Of a stretch of DNA of 64,000 bases, positions 10,833 to 20,177 are shown in pieces; positions within the stretch are counted from its first letter, which is position 1; each line of letters starts with the position of its first letter. The stretch spans positions 544,001 to 608,000 of the forward strand of contig CAVSAC010000014.1 in NCBI GenBank assembly GCA_963725865.1, in the 5' to 3' direction. A program made the position numbers and the translations under genes. Source of the stretch: Candidatus Eiseniibacteriota bacterium (GTDB taxonomy: Bacteria > Eisenbacteria > RBG-16-71-46). The notes beneath the pieces are model-generated. The model did no database searches. It was not told the DNA's origin and saw only the letters and a program-made list of their open reading frames with translations.

Positions 10833-12413
10833 ATGACCCGCGCCGACCAGTGGAAACTGGGACTGGTGGTACTCGCGACGGCGATCTCCGTCTGGTACCT
10901 GATCCCGTCCTACCGCTTCTTCACGATGACCCCGCAGCAGCACGCGGCGATGCCCGCCGAGAAGCTCGCGGATCTGCGCAAGCGCTCGCTGCATCTGGGG
11001 CTCGACCTGCAGGGCGGCATGCACCTGGTGCTCGAGGTCGACCGCTCGCGACTGAACGCGGCCGAGGCCAAGGACGCCCCCGAGCGCGCGATGGAGATCA
11101 TCCGCAACCGCGTCGACCAGTTCGGCGTCGCCGAACCGCTCATCCAGCAGGAGGGCGAGGACCGCATCGTGGTCCAGTTGCCGGGCCTCACCGACGCCGC
11201 GCGCGCCAAGGACCTGATCGGCAAGACCGCGCTGCTCGAGTTCAAGCTGGTCCGCACGCCCGAGGAGGCGAACAACCTCTTCACCCGCCTCGACGGCTAC
11301 CTCGCCGCGCGCCTGCCACAGTCCGCGGGTGACAGCATTTCGGCCGCCGAGCCGCTGACGCGGCACATGCTCGATCGCACGAGCGCCTTCGTGGTGCAGG
11401 AGGACGTGCCGGCGGTGCAGCGGCTGCTCGCGACGCCGGGCCTCGACTCGATCATCCCGTCCGACACCGAGCTGCTGTGGGGCGACACCGGCGAGTCGAT
11501 GGACGACCGCACCGGCCGCCGCCTGTACGTGGTCAAGCGCCAGCCCGAGATGACGGGCGCGATGGTGGCCAGCGCCAGTCCCCAGCTCGGCCTGAAGTCC
11601 ACCGACCCGGGCGCGTGGGGCGTCAGCATGAAGCTGACGACGCAGGGGCGAATCGATTTCGCACGCACGACCGGGAACAACGTCGGTCGCCAGCTCGCGA
11701 TCGTGCTCGACGGCGTCGTGTCCTCGGCGCCGAACATCCAGGAGCGGATCCCGAACGGCAACGCCTCCATCACCGGCAGCTTCAACGCCGAGACCTCCAA
11801 GGACCTGGCGATCGTGCTCCGTGCTGGCGCGCTACCCGCGCCCGTGAGCGTGATCGAGGAACGCACGGTCGGGCCGTCGCTCGGCAGCGACTCGATCCAG
11901 CAGGGACTCACCGCGGGCCTGATCGGCGCGGTGATGGTCGTGGTGTTCATGGCCGTCTACTACCAGCTCTCCGGACTGATCGCGATCTCCGCCCTCGTGC
12001 TCAACATCCTGTACCTGATCGGCGCGATGGTCTTCATTCCGATGTGGCTGGGCGGAGTGCCCGCCACGCTGACGCTGCCGGGCATCGCCGGGATCGTGTT
12101 GACCATCGGCATGGCGGTGGACGCGAACGTGCTGATCTTCGAACGCATCCGCGAGGAGTTGCGCAATCAGAAGTCGGTGCGCGAATCCGTGCGACTCGGC
12201 TACGACCGGGCGTTCCGGACCATCCTCGACGCCAACGTCACCACGCTCATCAGCGCCCTGTTCCTGTTCCAGTTCGGCACCGGACCGATCAAGGGATTCG
12301 CGGTCACGCTCAGCATCGGACTGATCGCAAACATGTTCACCGCGGTGCTGTTCACCCGGATGATCTACGACTTCTGGCTCGACCGTGCGAAGCCCGAGCG
12401 GCTGAGCATCTGA
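10833..12413 (+). CDS. secD: Protein translocase subunit SecD
   Basis: LGLDLQGG, RNRVDQFGVAEP, LRAGALPAP, RTVGPSLG, IGMAVDANVLIFERIREE, GPIKGFAVTL. Confidence 0.98.
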   Translation: MTRADQWKLGLVVLATAISVWYLIPSYRFFTMTPQQHAAMPAEKLADLRKRSLHLGLDLQGGMHLVLEVDRSRLNAAEAKDAPERAMEIIRNRVDQFGVAEPLIQQEGEDRIVVQLPGLTDAARAKDLIGKTALLEFKLVRTPEEANNLFTRLDGYLAARLPQSAGDSISAAEPLTRHMLDRTSAFVVQEDVPAVQRLLATPGLDSIIPSDTELLWGDTGESMDDRTGRRLYVVKRQPEMTGAMVASASPQLGLKSTDPGAWGVSMKLTTQGRIDFARTTGNNVGRQLAIVLDGVVSSAPNIQERIPNGNASITGSFNAETSKDLAIVLRAGALPAPVSVIEERTVGPSLGSDSIQQGLTAGLIGAVMVVVFMAVYYQLSGLIAISALVLNILYLIGAMVFIPMWLGGVPATLTLPGIAGIVLTIGMAVDANVLIFERIREELRNQKSVRESVRLGYDRAFRTILDANVTTLISALFLFQFGTGPIKGFAVTLSIGLIANMFTAVLFTRMIYDFWLDRAKPERLSI

Positions 12414-12427
12414 GAGAGGGCGACCCC

Positions 12428-13348
12428 ATGCTGCAGTTGCTGATCGGCACGAACCTCCCGTTCATGAAGTACCGGCGCTGGACGTACCTGTTCTCCAGCG
12501 CGATCATCCTGGCGACGATCACCTGGCTGGTCGTCCACGGCGGGCCGCGATACAGCGTCGATTTCACCGGCGGGACGCTGCTCCAGATCCGCCTGTCGCA
12601 GCCGCTGCACGCGGATCAGGTCCGCAGCGCGCTCGAGAGCGGCGGCTTCAGCGGCGTCGAGCTCCAGCAGATCACCGGCGCCGCCGGCAACGAGTACCTG
12701 GTCCGCTTCAAGCCCCGCGGGGGGAAGGAGGACCTCTTCGCCGGGGTCCAGCAGGCCCTCCAGCGCCGCCACGCGGGAGTCACCGCCGAGCTCCGGCGCA
12801 CCGAGCAAGTCGGCCCCAAGGTCGGCAGCGAGCTGCGCCAGAAGGCGCTCTGGGCGGTGCTCGGGAGCCTGGGTGGGATTCTGCTTTACGTGGGCATCCG
12901 GTATGAGTTCAAATTCGCCTTCGGCGCGGTGGCCGCTCTGTTCCACGACGTCTTCGTCGTGCTGGGATTCCTCTGCTTCTCCGGGCGGGAGGTCTCCCTG
13001 ACGGTGGTCGCCGCCCTGCTCACCATCGCCGGCTATTCGATCAACGACACGATCGTGGTGTTCGACCGCATCCGGGAGCGCTCCAAGGCGCTGCGCAAGG
13101 AGAAACACTCGCGCGTCATGGACATCGCGGTCAACGAGACTTTGTCGCGCACCGTCATCACGGCGTTCACGGTGTTCCTCACCGCCCTCGCGTTGTTCAT
13201 CTGGGGCGGCGAGGTGTTGAACGACTTCTCGTTCGCGATGCTGGTGGGCACGGTTTTCGGGACGTACTCGTCCGTCTACGTGGCGAGCGCGCTCGCGCTC
13301 GACATCTGGATCTGGCTGGATCGCCGCAAGGGCATCCAGGCCGAATAG
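12428..13348 (+). CDS. secF: Protein translocase subunit SecF
   Basis: VDFTGG, VGPKVGSEL, ALFHDV, IAGYSINDTIVVFDRIRE, GTYSSVYVA; directly follows secD. Confidence 0.98.
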   Translation: MLQLLIGTNLPFMKYRRWTYLFSSAIILATITWLVVHGGPRYSVDFTGGTLLQIRLSQPLHADQVRSALESGGFSGVELQQITGAAGNEYLVRFKPRGGKEDLFAGVQQALQRRHAGVTAELRRTEQVGPKVGSELRQKALWAVLGSLGGILLYVGIRYEFKFAFGAVAALFHDVFVVLGFLCFSGREVSLTVVAALLTIAGYSINDTIVVFDRIRERSKALRKEKHSRVMDIAVNETLSRTVITAFTVFLTALALFIWGGEVLNDFSFAMLVGTVFGTYSSVYVASALALDIWIWLDRRKGIQAE

Positions 13349-13366
13349 AGGAACGGAAAGGCCATC

Positions 13367-14410
13367 ATGAACGTCTCCGCACGCTCGCCGCGCGTCGCCC
13401 GGGTCGCTCTCTGCGGCGCCTGCCTGCTCGGCGCGCTGTCGCTCGTCAGCGGCTGCTCGAAGAAGCTCACCACCGCGGACGCCTCCTACACGATGCCCGA
13501 GGGGGTGCCCGCCAGCAACGCCCGGTTGATCGTCTATCCCGACCTGCCGATCACGATCGGGATCTGGAAGGACAAGACCGAGCACGTCGGCGAGTCCGAC
13601 CTCCTCGGCACCTGGAATCCGAAGGGTCCCCAGTTCCCGGACGGAGACTCGCTGGTCTCAGAGCGGACGCTCTACACGTCGGGCGCCGGCGCGATCCACG
13701 GCGTGATCATCGATGGCTCGGCCGCGGATGGCTTCGAGGTGCTGCGCCGCGAGTCGGGCGGCGGGCTGCGGGCCCTTCAGGGCTTCGTCCTCCAGCCCCT
13801 GCGCCGCTGGCTCGAGACCGGCGAGGAGCTGTACCAGTTCACCGACCTCACGCCCTCGGGCTACCAGCCCGCGAGCTACTTCGGGCGCGGACTGCTGCAG
13901 AACGCCGTCCGCAAGGAGTCCCCGGTGACGAACGAGGCGCGGCTCGCCTCCGCCACGGTCGGGGCGATCACGATCCGCAGCGCCGCGATCCAGACCGACT
14001 CGCTGTTCACGGTCAAGTGGGACCCGGTGCCGGGAGCCGTCGCGTACTGGATCCACATCTTCGAGTTCCAGCCCACCGTGACCGACGTGGAGCGCCGGTT
14101 GGCGGCCGCCCCGGCGCCGATCGTGACGGCGCCGACCCGCGATTTCCTCGTTGCGCTGCTGCCGGGCTCCGCCACCCAGTACCGCATCGGCGAGGGCGCC
14201 ACCCGGGTGATGATCTACCAGAAGCTGGCGTTCCGGTTCGGTCGCGCGTACCAGGTCCGCATCGCGGCGATCGACAGCGACAATCGGCTGCTGGCGATGA
14301 CCCTCGGCGACAGTCGCCAGGAGGTCATCGTGCTGGGCACGGTGGGCGAGGCGGGCAACATCACGGTGTCGCCGCGCGGCGCCACGATCGTCAACACGCT
14401 GGCCCAATGA
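13367..14410 (+). CDS. Hypothetical lipoprotein, beta-rich (Fn3-like C-terminal part)
   Basis: Lipobox LVSGC; VKWDPVPGAVAYWI...YQVRIAA pattern; protein-like composition. Confidence 0.7.
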   Translation: MNVSARSPRVARVALCGACLLGALSLVSGCSKKLTTADASYTMPEGVPASNARLIVYPDLPITIGIWKDKTEHVGESDLLGTWNPKGPQFPDGDSLVSERTLYTSGAGAIHGVIIDGSAADGFEVLRRESGGGLRALQGFVLQPLRRWLETGEELYQFTDLTPSGYQPASYFGRGLLQNAVRKESPVTNEARLASATVGAITIRSAAIQTDSLFTVKWDPVPGAVAYWIHIFEFQPTVTDVERRLAAAPAPIVTAPTRDFLVALLPGSATQYRIGEGATRVMIYQKLAFRFGRAYQVRIAAIDSDNRLLAMTLGDSRQEVIVLGTVGEAGNITVSPRGATIVNTLAQ

Positions 14411-14456
14411 ACCGCCCTCCTCGCTGGGGACGGCGCGCCCTCCGGGGCCCCGGCGC

Positions 14457-15164
14457 ATGACGCTTCGACGCCCCCTGCTGTCGCTCGCGGCCGCCCTGGT
14501 GGCGGCCGCGCTGCTTTCCGCCCCCCGGGCGCACGCGGCGGGGCCGGACGCCGCGCCGCCGGGCGCGCGCGCGTTCGGCATCGCACGGCTGAAGTACGGA
14601 GGGGGTGGGGACTGGTACGAGGACCGCACCTCGCTCGTCAACCTGCTGCGCGCCGTGCGCGAGCGCACCTCGATCCCGGTCAGTGCCGAGCGCGAGGCGA
14701 TCGTGGAGCCAGGGGCGGCGGCCTTGTTCCAGTACCCCTGCGTGTTCGCCTGCGGTCATGGAAACATCAAGTTCACGCCCGCCGAGGTCGAGAACCTGCG
14801 CCGGTACCTGGACGCGGGCGGCTTCCTGTGGGTGGACGACGATTTCGGCATCGAGCCCAGCCTGCGCCGGGAGATGAAGAAGGTGTTCCCGGACGCCGCC
14901 TTCGTGGAGCTGCCGTTCTCCCATCCGCTGTTCCACGGCCTGTACGACATGCCCGGCGGACTGCCCAAGATCCACGAGCACGACGGCGGCCCGGCCAAGG
15001 CTTTCGGCATCATCCGCGACGGGAGGCTGGTGGTATTGTTCTCCTACGATTGCGACCTCGGGGACGGTCTGGAGGACGAGGAGGTCCATCACGACCCGCC
15101 CGAGAAGCGGGACGCCGCGCTCCGAATGGCCCTGAACATCGTGTGGTTCGCACTCAACCAGTAG
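14457..15164 (+). CDS. DUF4159 domain exported protein
   Basis: Signal peptide; IARLKYGGGGDWY, GHG, ENLRRYLDAGGFLWVDD, GLPKIHEHDG, DLGDG. Confidence 0.9.
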   Translation: MTLRRPLLSLAAALVAAALLSAPRAHAAGPDAAPPGARAFGIARLKYGGGGDWYEDRTSLVNLLRAVRERTSIPVSAEREAIVEPGAAALFQYPCVFACGHGNIKFTPAEVENLRRYLDAGGFLWVDDDFGIEPSLRREMKKVFPDAAFVELPFSHPLFHGLYDMPGGLPKIHEHDGGPAKAFGIIRDGRLVVLFSYDCDLGDGLEDEEVHHDPPEKRDAALRMALNIVWFALNQ

Positions 15165-15199
15165 CCCTTCGACCGGCCGGGCCGCTCCACAGGATCTCC

Positions 15200-18100
15200 G
15201 TGCCCCGACTGCCCATCCATCAGCAGCTCGAACGCTCCCACGGCGCGGTGCGCCGCGCCCTCGTGCTGCGCCATGCGCTGCGCGCGGCCGCGGCGCTGTC
15301 CGCGCTGATCGCGCTCGCGGTGCTGGTCGACATCCCGTTCGACGCCGGTACCGGGTGGGCCTGGACGCGCAGCCTGCTGGCGGTGCTGGCGGGAGCGGTC
15401 GCGCTCGGCGGCGTGCTCGCGCGCTGGCGCGCCGAGACGCCGCGCTTCGACGCGTGGCTCGAGTACGTCGAAGCGCGCTTCCCGGAGGTGCGCTCGTGGC
15501 TGCGCAACGCGCTCGACCTCGAGCGCACGCCGCCGGAGCACACCTCGGTCACGCTCGCCACCGCGCTGCGCGAAGAGACGGCGCGGCGCCTCGCGCACGT
15601 TCCACTCGCGAGCCTCACGCCCACGATCGCCGCGCGCGCGCCCGCGCTCGCGACCGGCGCGGCGCTGCTCGCGCTGCTGCTGGTGGCGCTGGCCGCCCCG
15701 CAGCGCGTGGAGCGCTCGTGGTCCACGCTGTGGGATCCCGCCGCCGCGGCTCCGCCGGTGCGGCTGGTGGTCGAGCCCGGCTCGGTGCGCGTCTCGCCGG
15801 GCGCGGCCCTCGCCGTGCGCGCGCGCGTGTGGGGCAGCGGCGCCCCGCCGCGCATCGAGCGCGACGGCGGTCCCGCGGTCGCGGCGGTGGCCGAGGGCGC
15901 CGATGCCGGCGGCGCCCGAGTGTGGCGCTTCGACCTCGCGATGATCACCCGCGCCGAGCTCTACCGCGTGCGCGCCGCCCACGCCGTCAGCCCGCGCTAC
16001 CGGATCGCGCTCGCCGGCGAGCCGGCGCCGGTGTCGTTCGAGATCGCGTACCAGGCGCCCGCCTACGCGCGGCTGCCCCTGCAGCGCGGCACCACGACCC
16101 GCGGCGATCTCGAGGCCCTGCGCGGCACCCTCGCCACCATCACCGCCACGTTCGACCGCGATCTCGAGGCACTCGCGGCGACCGATCCCGCGGGCACCCG
16201 CCGGACGTGGACCGCGGTCACCCCGCGGCGCTGGCGCGGCTCGCTGGCGATCACGCGCGCCGGCACCTGGGCGCTGCAGGCGACCGCGAGCGCCGGCGCG
16301 GCCACGTTCCGCTACCGCGTCACCCCGCTCGAGGACGCCGCGCCGGTGCTGAGCGTGGTGGTCCCGACCGGCGACGTCGACCTGCCCGAGGGCCAGCAGG
16401 TGCCGCTCGAGGTGGTGGGCCAGGACGACCTGGGGCTCACGGAGCTGGCGCTCCAGGTCCGCAGGGACGCCGCCGAGCCGTGGCGCACGCTGCCGCTGCA
16501 GCGCTTCGCGCAGCGCCCGCGCGAGGCGCGCGTGCGCACGGCGTGGGACGCCGCCACGCTGGGGCTCCTGCCGGGACAGAGCGCCACCTTCCGCTTCGTG
16601 CTGTGGGACGACGACGCGGTGAGCGGGCGCAAGGCCGCCACCAGTCCCTCGTTCGCGCTGCGCTTCCCCTCGCTCGCCGAGCTCTACGACCGGCTCGACG
16701 AGCGCCAGGGCGGCGTGCAGGCCAGCCTCGAGCGCGTCGCCGACCAGTCGCGCGACCTGCAGAAGACGCTCGAGCACATGGCCCGCCAGACGCCGCAGGC
16801 GCGCGCGACGCCGCAGAGCGGGTCGAGCTACGAGCGCCGCGAGGAGATGAAGAGCGCGCTCGAGCGCCAGCAGGAGATCGCGCAGCGCGTCACCGACGCG
16901 GTCGGCCAGCTCCAGAAGGGCCTCGAGGAGGCCGCCGAGCGGCGGGCGTTCGACGACGAGCTGATGCGCAAGCTGCACGAGCTGAACGCGCTCATGCAGC
17001 AGATCCAGAGCCCCGAGTTCAAGGACGCGCTGCAGCGCATCCAGAAGGCGCTCGAGCGCATGGACGCGCGCGTGCCGGATCAGGACGTGAAGCGCTGGCG
17101 CGACGCCAGCAAGGAGATGCTCGAGAACCTCGAGCGCAGCCTCGCGCTCCTCAAGCAGCTGCGCGCCGAGGAGCAGCTCGCCTCGCTGGCCCGGCGCGCC
17201 GAGGAGCTGGCGAAGCGCCAGGACGCGCTCAACGAGCAGCACGACGCCGCACCGCCGCGTGCCGCCGAGGAGCGCGAGCAGCGCTCGGAGTCGCTCGCGA
17301 AGCAGCAGCAGGAGGCCGCCGACCGCGCGCGCGAGCTGGCGCAGCAGGCGCGCGAGGTGGCGAAGGACATGCAGCAGCCCGCCGAGCAGCAGGACCTGCA
17401 GCAGGCGGCCGAGGAGCTCCAGAACGAGGCCGCGCCGCAGCAGGACCAGGCCGCCGAGTCGCAGCGCCAGCAGCAGCGCCAGCAGGCGCGCAGCGCCGGG
17501 GAGCGCGCCAGCCACAGCCTGCAGAAGGCGGCGCAGCAGCTCGGCCAGATGTCCGCGCAGGCGAGCCAGCGCCGCAACGGCGCCGACCTGGCGGCGGTGC
17601 GACGCGCGGCTCAGGACCTGGTCTCGCTGCAGCGCTCCACCCAGGACAACCTCGACACGCACGGCGAACCGAAGTCGCGGGCCGACCGCCAGACCGACCT
17701 TTCGGAGGGCGTCTCGCGCGTGGCGGACTCGCTGTACACGCTCGGACAGCGCTCGCCGTTCATCACCCAGCAGCTCGGGACCCAGCTCGGCCGCGCGATG
17801 CAGAGCCTCGCGCAGTCGGGCCGTGATCTGGCGCGGGGCGACCGCGCGCGCGGCGAGCAGGTGGGACGCGAGGGCAGCGAGGCGCTCAACGAGGCGGTGC
17901 GCGAGCTGCGCCTGTCCGAATCCAGCATGTGCCAGAACCCGGGCTCGGGGCAGTCCGGCAGCCAGGGCCTGCCGCAGGCGATGGGCGAGCTCGGCGAACA
18001 GCAGAGCCAGCTCAACAGCGAGAGTCGCGCGCTCGCCCAGCGCCTGTCGCAGCAGATGCGCCTGTCGGCCGGCGACCAGTCGGAGCTGCGCCGGCTCGCC

Positions 18101-18511
18101 ACCGAGCAGCAGCGCCTGCGCGAGGAGCTGGAACGCATCCAGCAGAGCGACGAGCGCGAGCGCCGGCTGCTCGGCCGCCTCGACGCCGCTCACCAGGAGA
18201 TGAAGGAGGTCGAGGAGGCGCTGCGATCGGGCCCGCCCGGCGACGACCTCGAGCAGAAGCAGGACCGCATCCTCTCGCGGCTGCTCGACGCCCAGCGCTC
18301 GGTCAACCGGCGGGACTTCGATCCCACGCGCGAGTCGCGGCCCGGCGAGGATCTCGCCCGCTCGAGCCCGGCACCGCTGCCGGCCGAGCTGCTGCGCGAG
18401 AGCGATCGGCTGCGGCTGGGGCTGCTGAAGGCCGACGCCGATCGCTACCCGGCGCAGTACCGCACCCTGATCGAGAGCTACCTGCGCGCCCTCGAAGGGT
18501 CGCGTCGGTGA
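15200..18511 (+). CDS. DUF4175-like membrane-anchored protein with Ig-like domains and long Gln/Glu coiled coil
   Basis: N-terminal TM helices, PAYARLP, DDLGL, WDDDAVSG, long Q-rich helical region, C-terminal YPAQYRTLIESYLRAL. GTG start at 15200 is uncertain. Confidence 0.8.
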   Translation: MPRLPIHQQLERSHGAVRRALVLRHALRAAAALSALIALAVLVDIPFDAGTGWAWTRSLLAVLAGAVALGGVLARWRAETPRFDAWLEYVEARFPEVRSWLRNALDLERTPPEHTSVTLATALREETARRLAHVPLASLTPTIAARAPALATGAALLALLLVALAAPQRVERSWSTLWDPAAAAPPVRLVVEPGSVRVSPGAALAVRARVWGSGAPPRIERDGGPAVAAVAEGADAGGARVWRFDLAMITRAELYRVRAAHAVSPRYRIALAGEPAPVSFEIAYQAPAYARLPLQRGTTTRGDLEALRGTLATITATFDRDLEALAATDPAGTRRTWTAVTPRRWRGSLAITRAGTWALQATASAGAATFRYRVTPLEDAAPVLSVVVPTGDVDLPEGQQVPLEVVGQDDLGLTELALQVRRDAAEPWRTLPLQRFAQRPREARVRTAWDAATLGLLPGQSATFRFVLWDDDAVSGRKAATSPSFALRFPSLAELYDRLDERQGGVQASLERVADQSRDLQKTLEHMARQTPQARATPQSGSSYERREEMKSALERQQEIAQRVTDAVGQLQKGLEEAAERRAFDDELMRKLHELNALMQQIQSPEFKDALQRIQKALERMDARVPDQDVKRWRDASKEMLENLERSLALLKQLRAEEQLASLARRAEELAKRQDALNEQHDAAPPRAAEEREQRSESLAKQQQEAADRARELAQQAREVAKDMQQPAEQQDLQQAAEELQNEAAPQQDQAAESQRQQQRQQARSAGERASHSLQKAAQQLGQMSAQASQRRNGADLAAVRRAAQDLVSLQRSTQDNLDTHGEPKSRADRQTDLSEGVSRVADSLYTLGQRSPFITQQLGTQLGRAMQSLAQSGRDLARGDRARGEQVGREGSEALNEAVRELRLSESSMCQNPGSGQSGSQGLPQAMGELGEQQSQLNSESRALAQRLSQQMRLSAGDQSELRRLATEQQRLREELERIQQSDERERRLLGRLDAAHQEMKEVEEALRSGPPGDDLEQKQDRILSRLLDAQRSVNRRDFDPTRESRPGEDLARSSPAPLPAELLRESDRLRLGLLKADADRYPAQYRTLIESYLRALEGSRR

Positions 18512-20163
18512 TGGGCGGACGGCGCGCCCGGGCGCTGATCGCGCTGGTGCTGGCGACCGCGGTCGCCGCCCTCCTCGGCGGCCCGGTACCCGCACAGACG
18601 GTGCGGATCGGCGGCGCGCCGGTGCCGCGGATCCTGCCGCCCGCGCACCTGGTCGGGCGCGCCCCGACGCCGCTCGATCCCGCGCTGGTCCCGCGGCTGC
18701 TGCACGGCCGCAACCTGCTCGAGAACGGGATGCTCGACAGCGCCCGCATCGTGCTCGAGGGCGTGCTGGCGGCGGCGCCCCACCATCCGGCGGTGCTCGT
18801 CGAGCTGGCGCAGGTGCACGCCGAGCGCCAGGCGTGGGGCGACCTCGAGCGCCTCGCCACCCGCGAGCGTGCCGCGACCCACGACTCCACGCTGCTCGCG
18901 AGCGAGCTCGCGCAGGCGCTCGAGCGCCAGGCCCGCCCCGCGGCCGCGGCCCAGGTCGCGGTCGAGGCGTGGGTCGCCTCGCCGCTGGAAGGCGCCTGGG
19001 CGCTCGGCACCGTGGCGCGCCTCGGCGGGTCCGCCGGCCGGCCGGTCCGCGACGCCCTGCGCCGCGCGGTGCTCGCGCGCCCCGAGCGCGCCGACCTCGC
19101 CCGCGGACTGGCGCGGCTCGACTGGGCGGCGGGCGACACCCGCGCGGTGCTGCGCGGACTCGCGGCGGCCGACCAGGCGGGCGCGCGTCCGCCGGCCCGC
19201 TGGGCGTTCGCCGAGGACCTGCTGCGCGGCGGGGGCACCGCCCACGATTCGGCCGGCGCGGTGGACGTCGCGCTCGACCTGGTCGGCGACCGCGGCGCCG
19301 AGCTCACGTATCGCATGCTGTCGGCGCAGCGCGCGTGGGAGGTCTCGCAGGCGCTGGGCCAGGCGCGCGCCGACGCGCCGCGCATCGCGCACGCGCTCGC
19401 GGACCAGCCGCCCGAGCGCTGGGACTCCGCGTTCCTGGTGACGGTCGCGCGCGCGCTGCGCGAGGGCGGGCACACCGCCGAGGCGCGCACGTTGCTGGCG
19501 CCGCACGGCGACCAGCCCCAGGCCCCCGGCGTGACGCTCGAGCGCGCGCTCGCCGACCTGCGCGACGGTCCGCCGGAGCGCGCGCTGCCGGGGCTGCACG
19601 CCGGCGCGCTGGCGAGCAGCGAGGCGGCGTGGCGCTACGCCGAGGCGCTGTTCTTCGCCGGCCAGAGCGACTCCGCGAAGAGCTGGTACCAGCGCGTCGC
19701 CGAGGACGCCGCGAGCCCGTTCGCCGGCGCCGCGTTCGACCGGCTCTTCCTGATCGAGGACGCGGCGCCGCCCACCGCGCTGCCGTCCTTCGGACAGTTG
19801 GCGTACGAGGAATGGCGGGGCGACCCGCGGCGCGCGAGCGCGATCGCGGATTCGCTGGTGCGCGTGCTCCCGCGCGGGGCGCTGTGGGCGCAGGCGGCGC
19901 TGCGAGCGGCCACGCTGCGCGACGCGCTCGGCGACATCCCGGGCGCGCTGGCACCGCTGCGCGCGGTCGCCGATTCGCTGCCGGGCGACCGGCTCGCCCC
20001 GCTCGCGCGCCAGCGGCTCGGCGATCTGTATCTCGAGCGCATCCACGACGAGGCGCAGGCGCTGGCGCAGTACGAGGAGTGCCTGGCGCGCTATCCCAAG
20101 GCCTGGAACGCACCCGAGGTGCGCCGGCGGGTCGAGACCCTGCGCCGCGAACGGCGCTTCTGA
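18511..20163 (+). CDS. Exported tetratricopeptide-repeat protein
   Basis: ATG overlaps the upstream TGA; signal peptide; TPR-like helical pairs ending AQALAQYEECLARYPKAWNAPEVRRR. Confidence 0.8.
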   Translation: MGGRRARALIALVLATAVAALLGGPVPAQTVRIGGAPVPRILPPAHLVGRAPTPLDPALVPRLLHGRNLLENGMLDSARIVLEGVLAAAPHHPAVLVELAQVHAERQAWGDLERLATRERAATHDSTLLASELAQALERQARPAAAAQVAVEAWVASPLEGAWALGTVARLGGSAGRPVRDALRRAVLARPERADLARGLARLDWAAGDTRAVLRGLAAADQAGARPPARWAFAEDLLRGGGTAHDSAGAVDVALDLVGDRGAELTYRMLSAQRAWEVSQALGQARADAPRIAHALADQPPERWDSAFLVTVARALREGGHTAEARTLLAPHGDQPQAPGVTLERALADLRDGPPERALPGLHAGALASSEAAWRYAEALFFAGQSDSAKSWYQRVAEDAASPFAGAAFDRLFLIEDAAPPTALPSFGQLAYEEWRGDPRRASAIADSLVRVLPRGALWAQAALRAATLRDALGDIPGALAPLRAVADSLPGDRLAPLARQRLGDLYLERIHDEAQALAQYEECLARYPKAWNAPEVRRRVETLRRERRF

Positions 20164-20177
20164 ATCAGAAGGACATC

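Noticed and set aside
16700..18300. CAG/GAG-rich low-complexity stretch
   Set aside because: Explained by the Gln/Glu coiled coil of the DUF4175-like protein.
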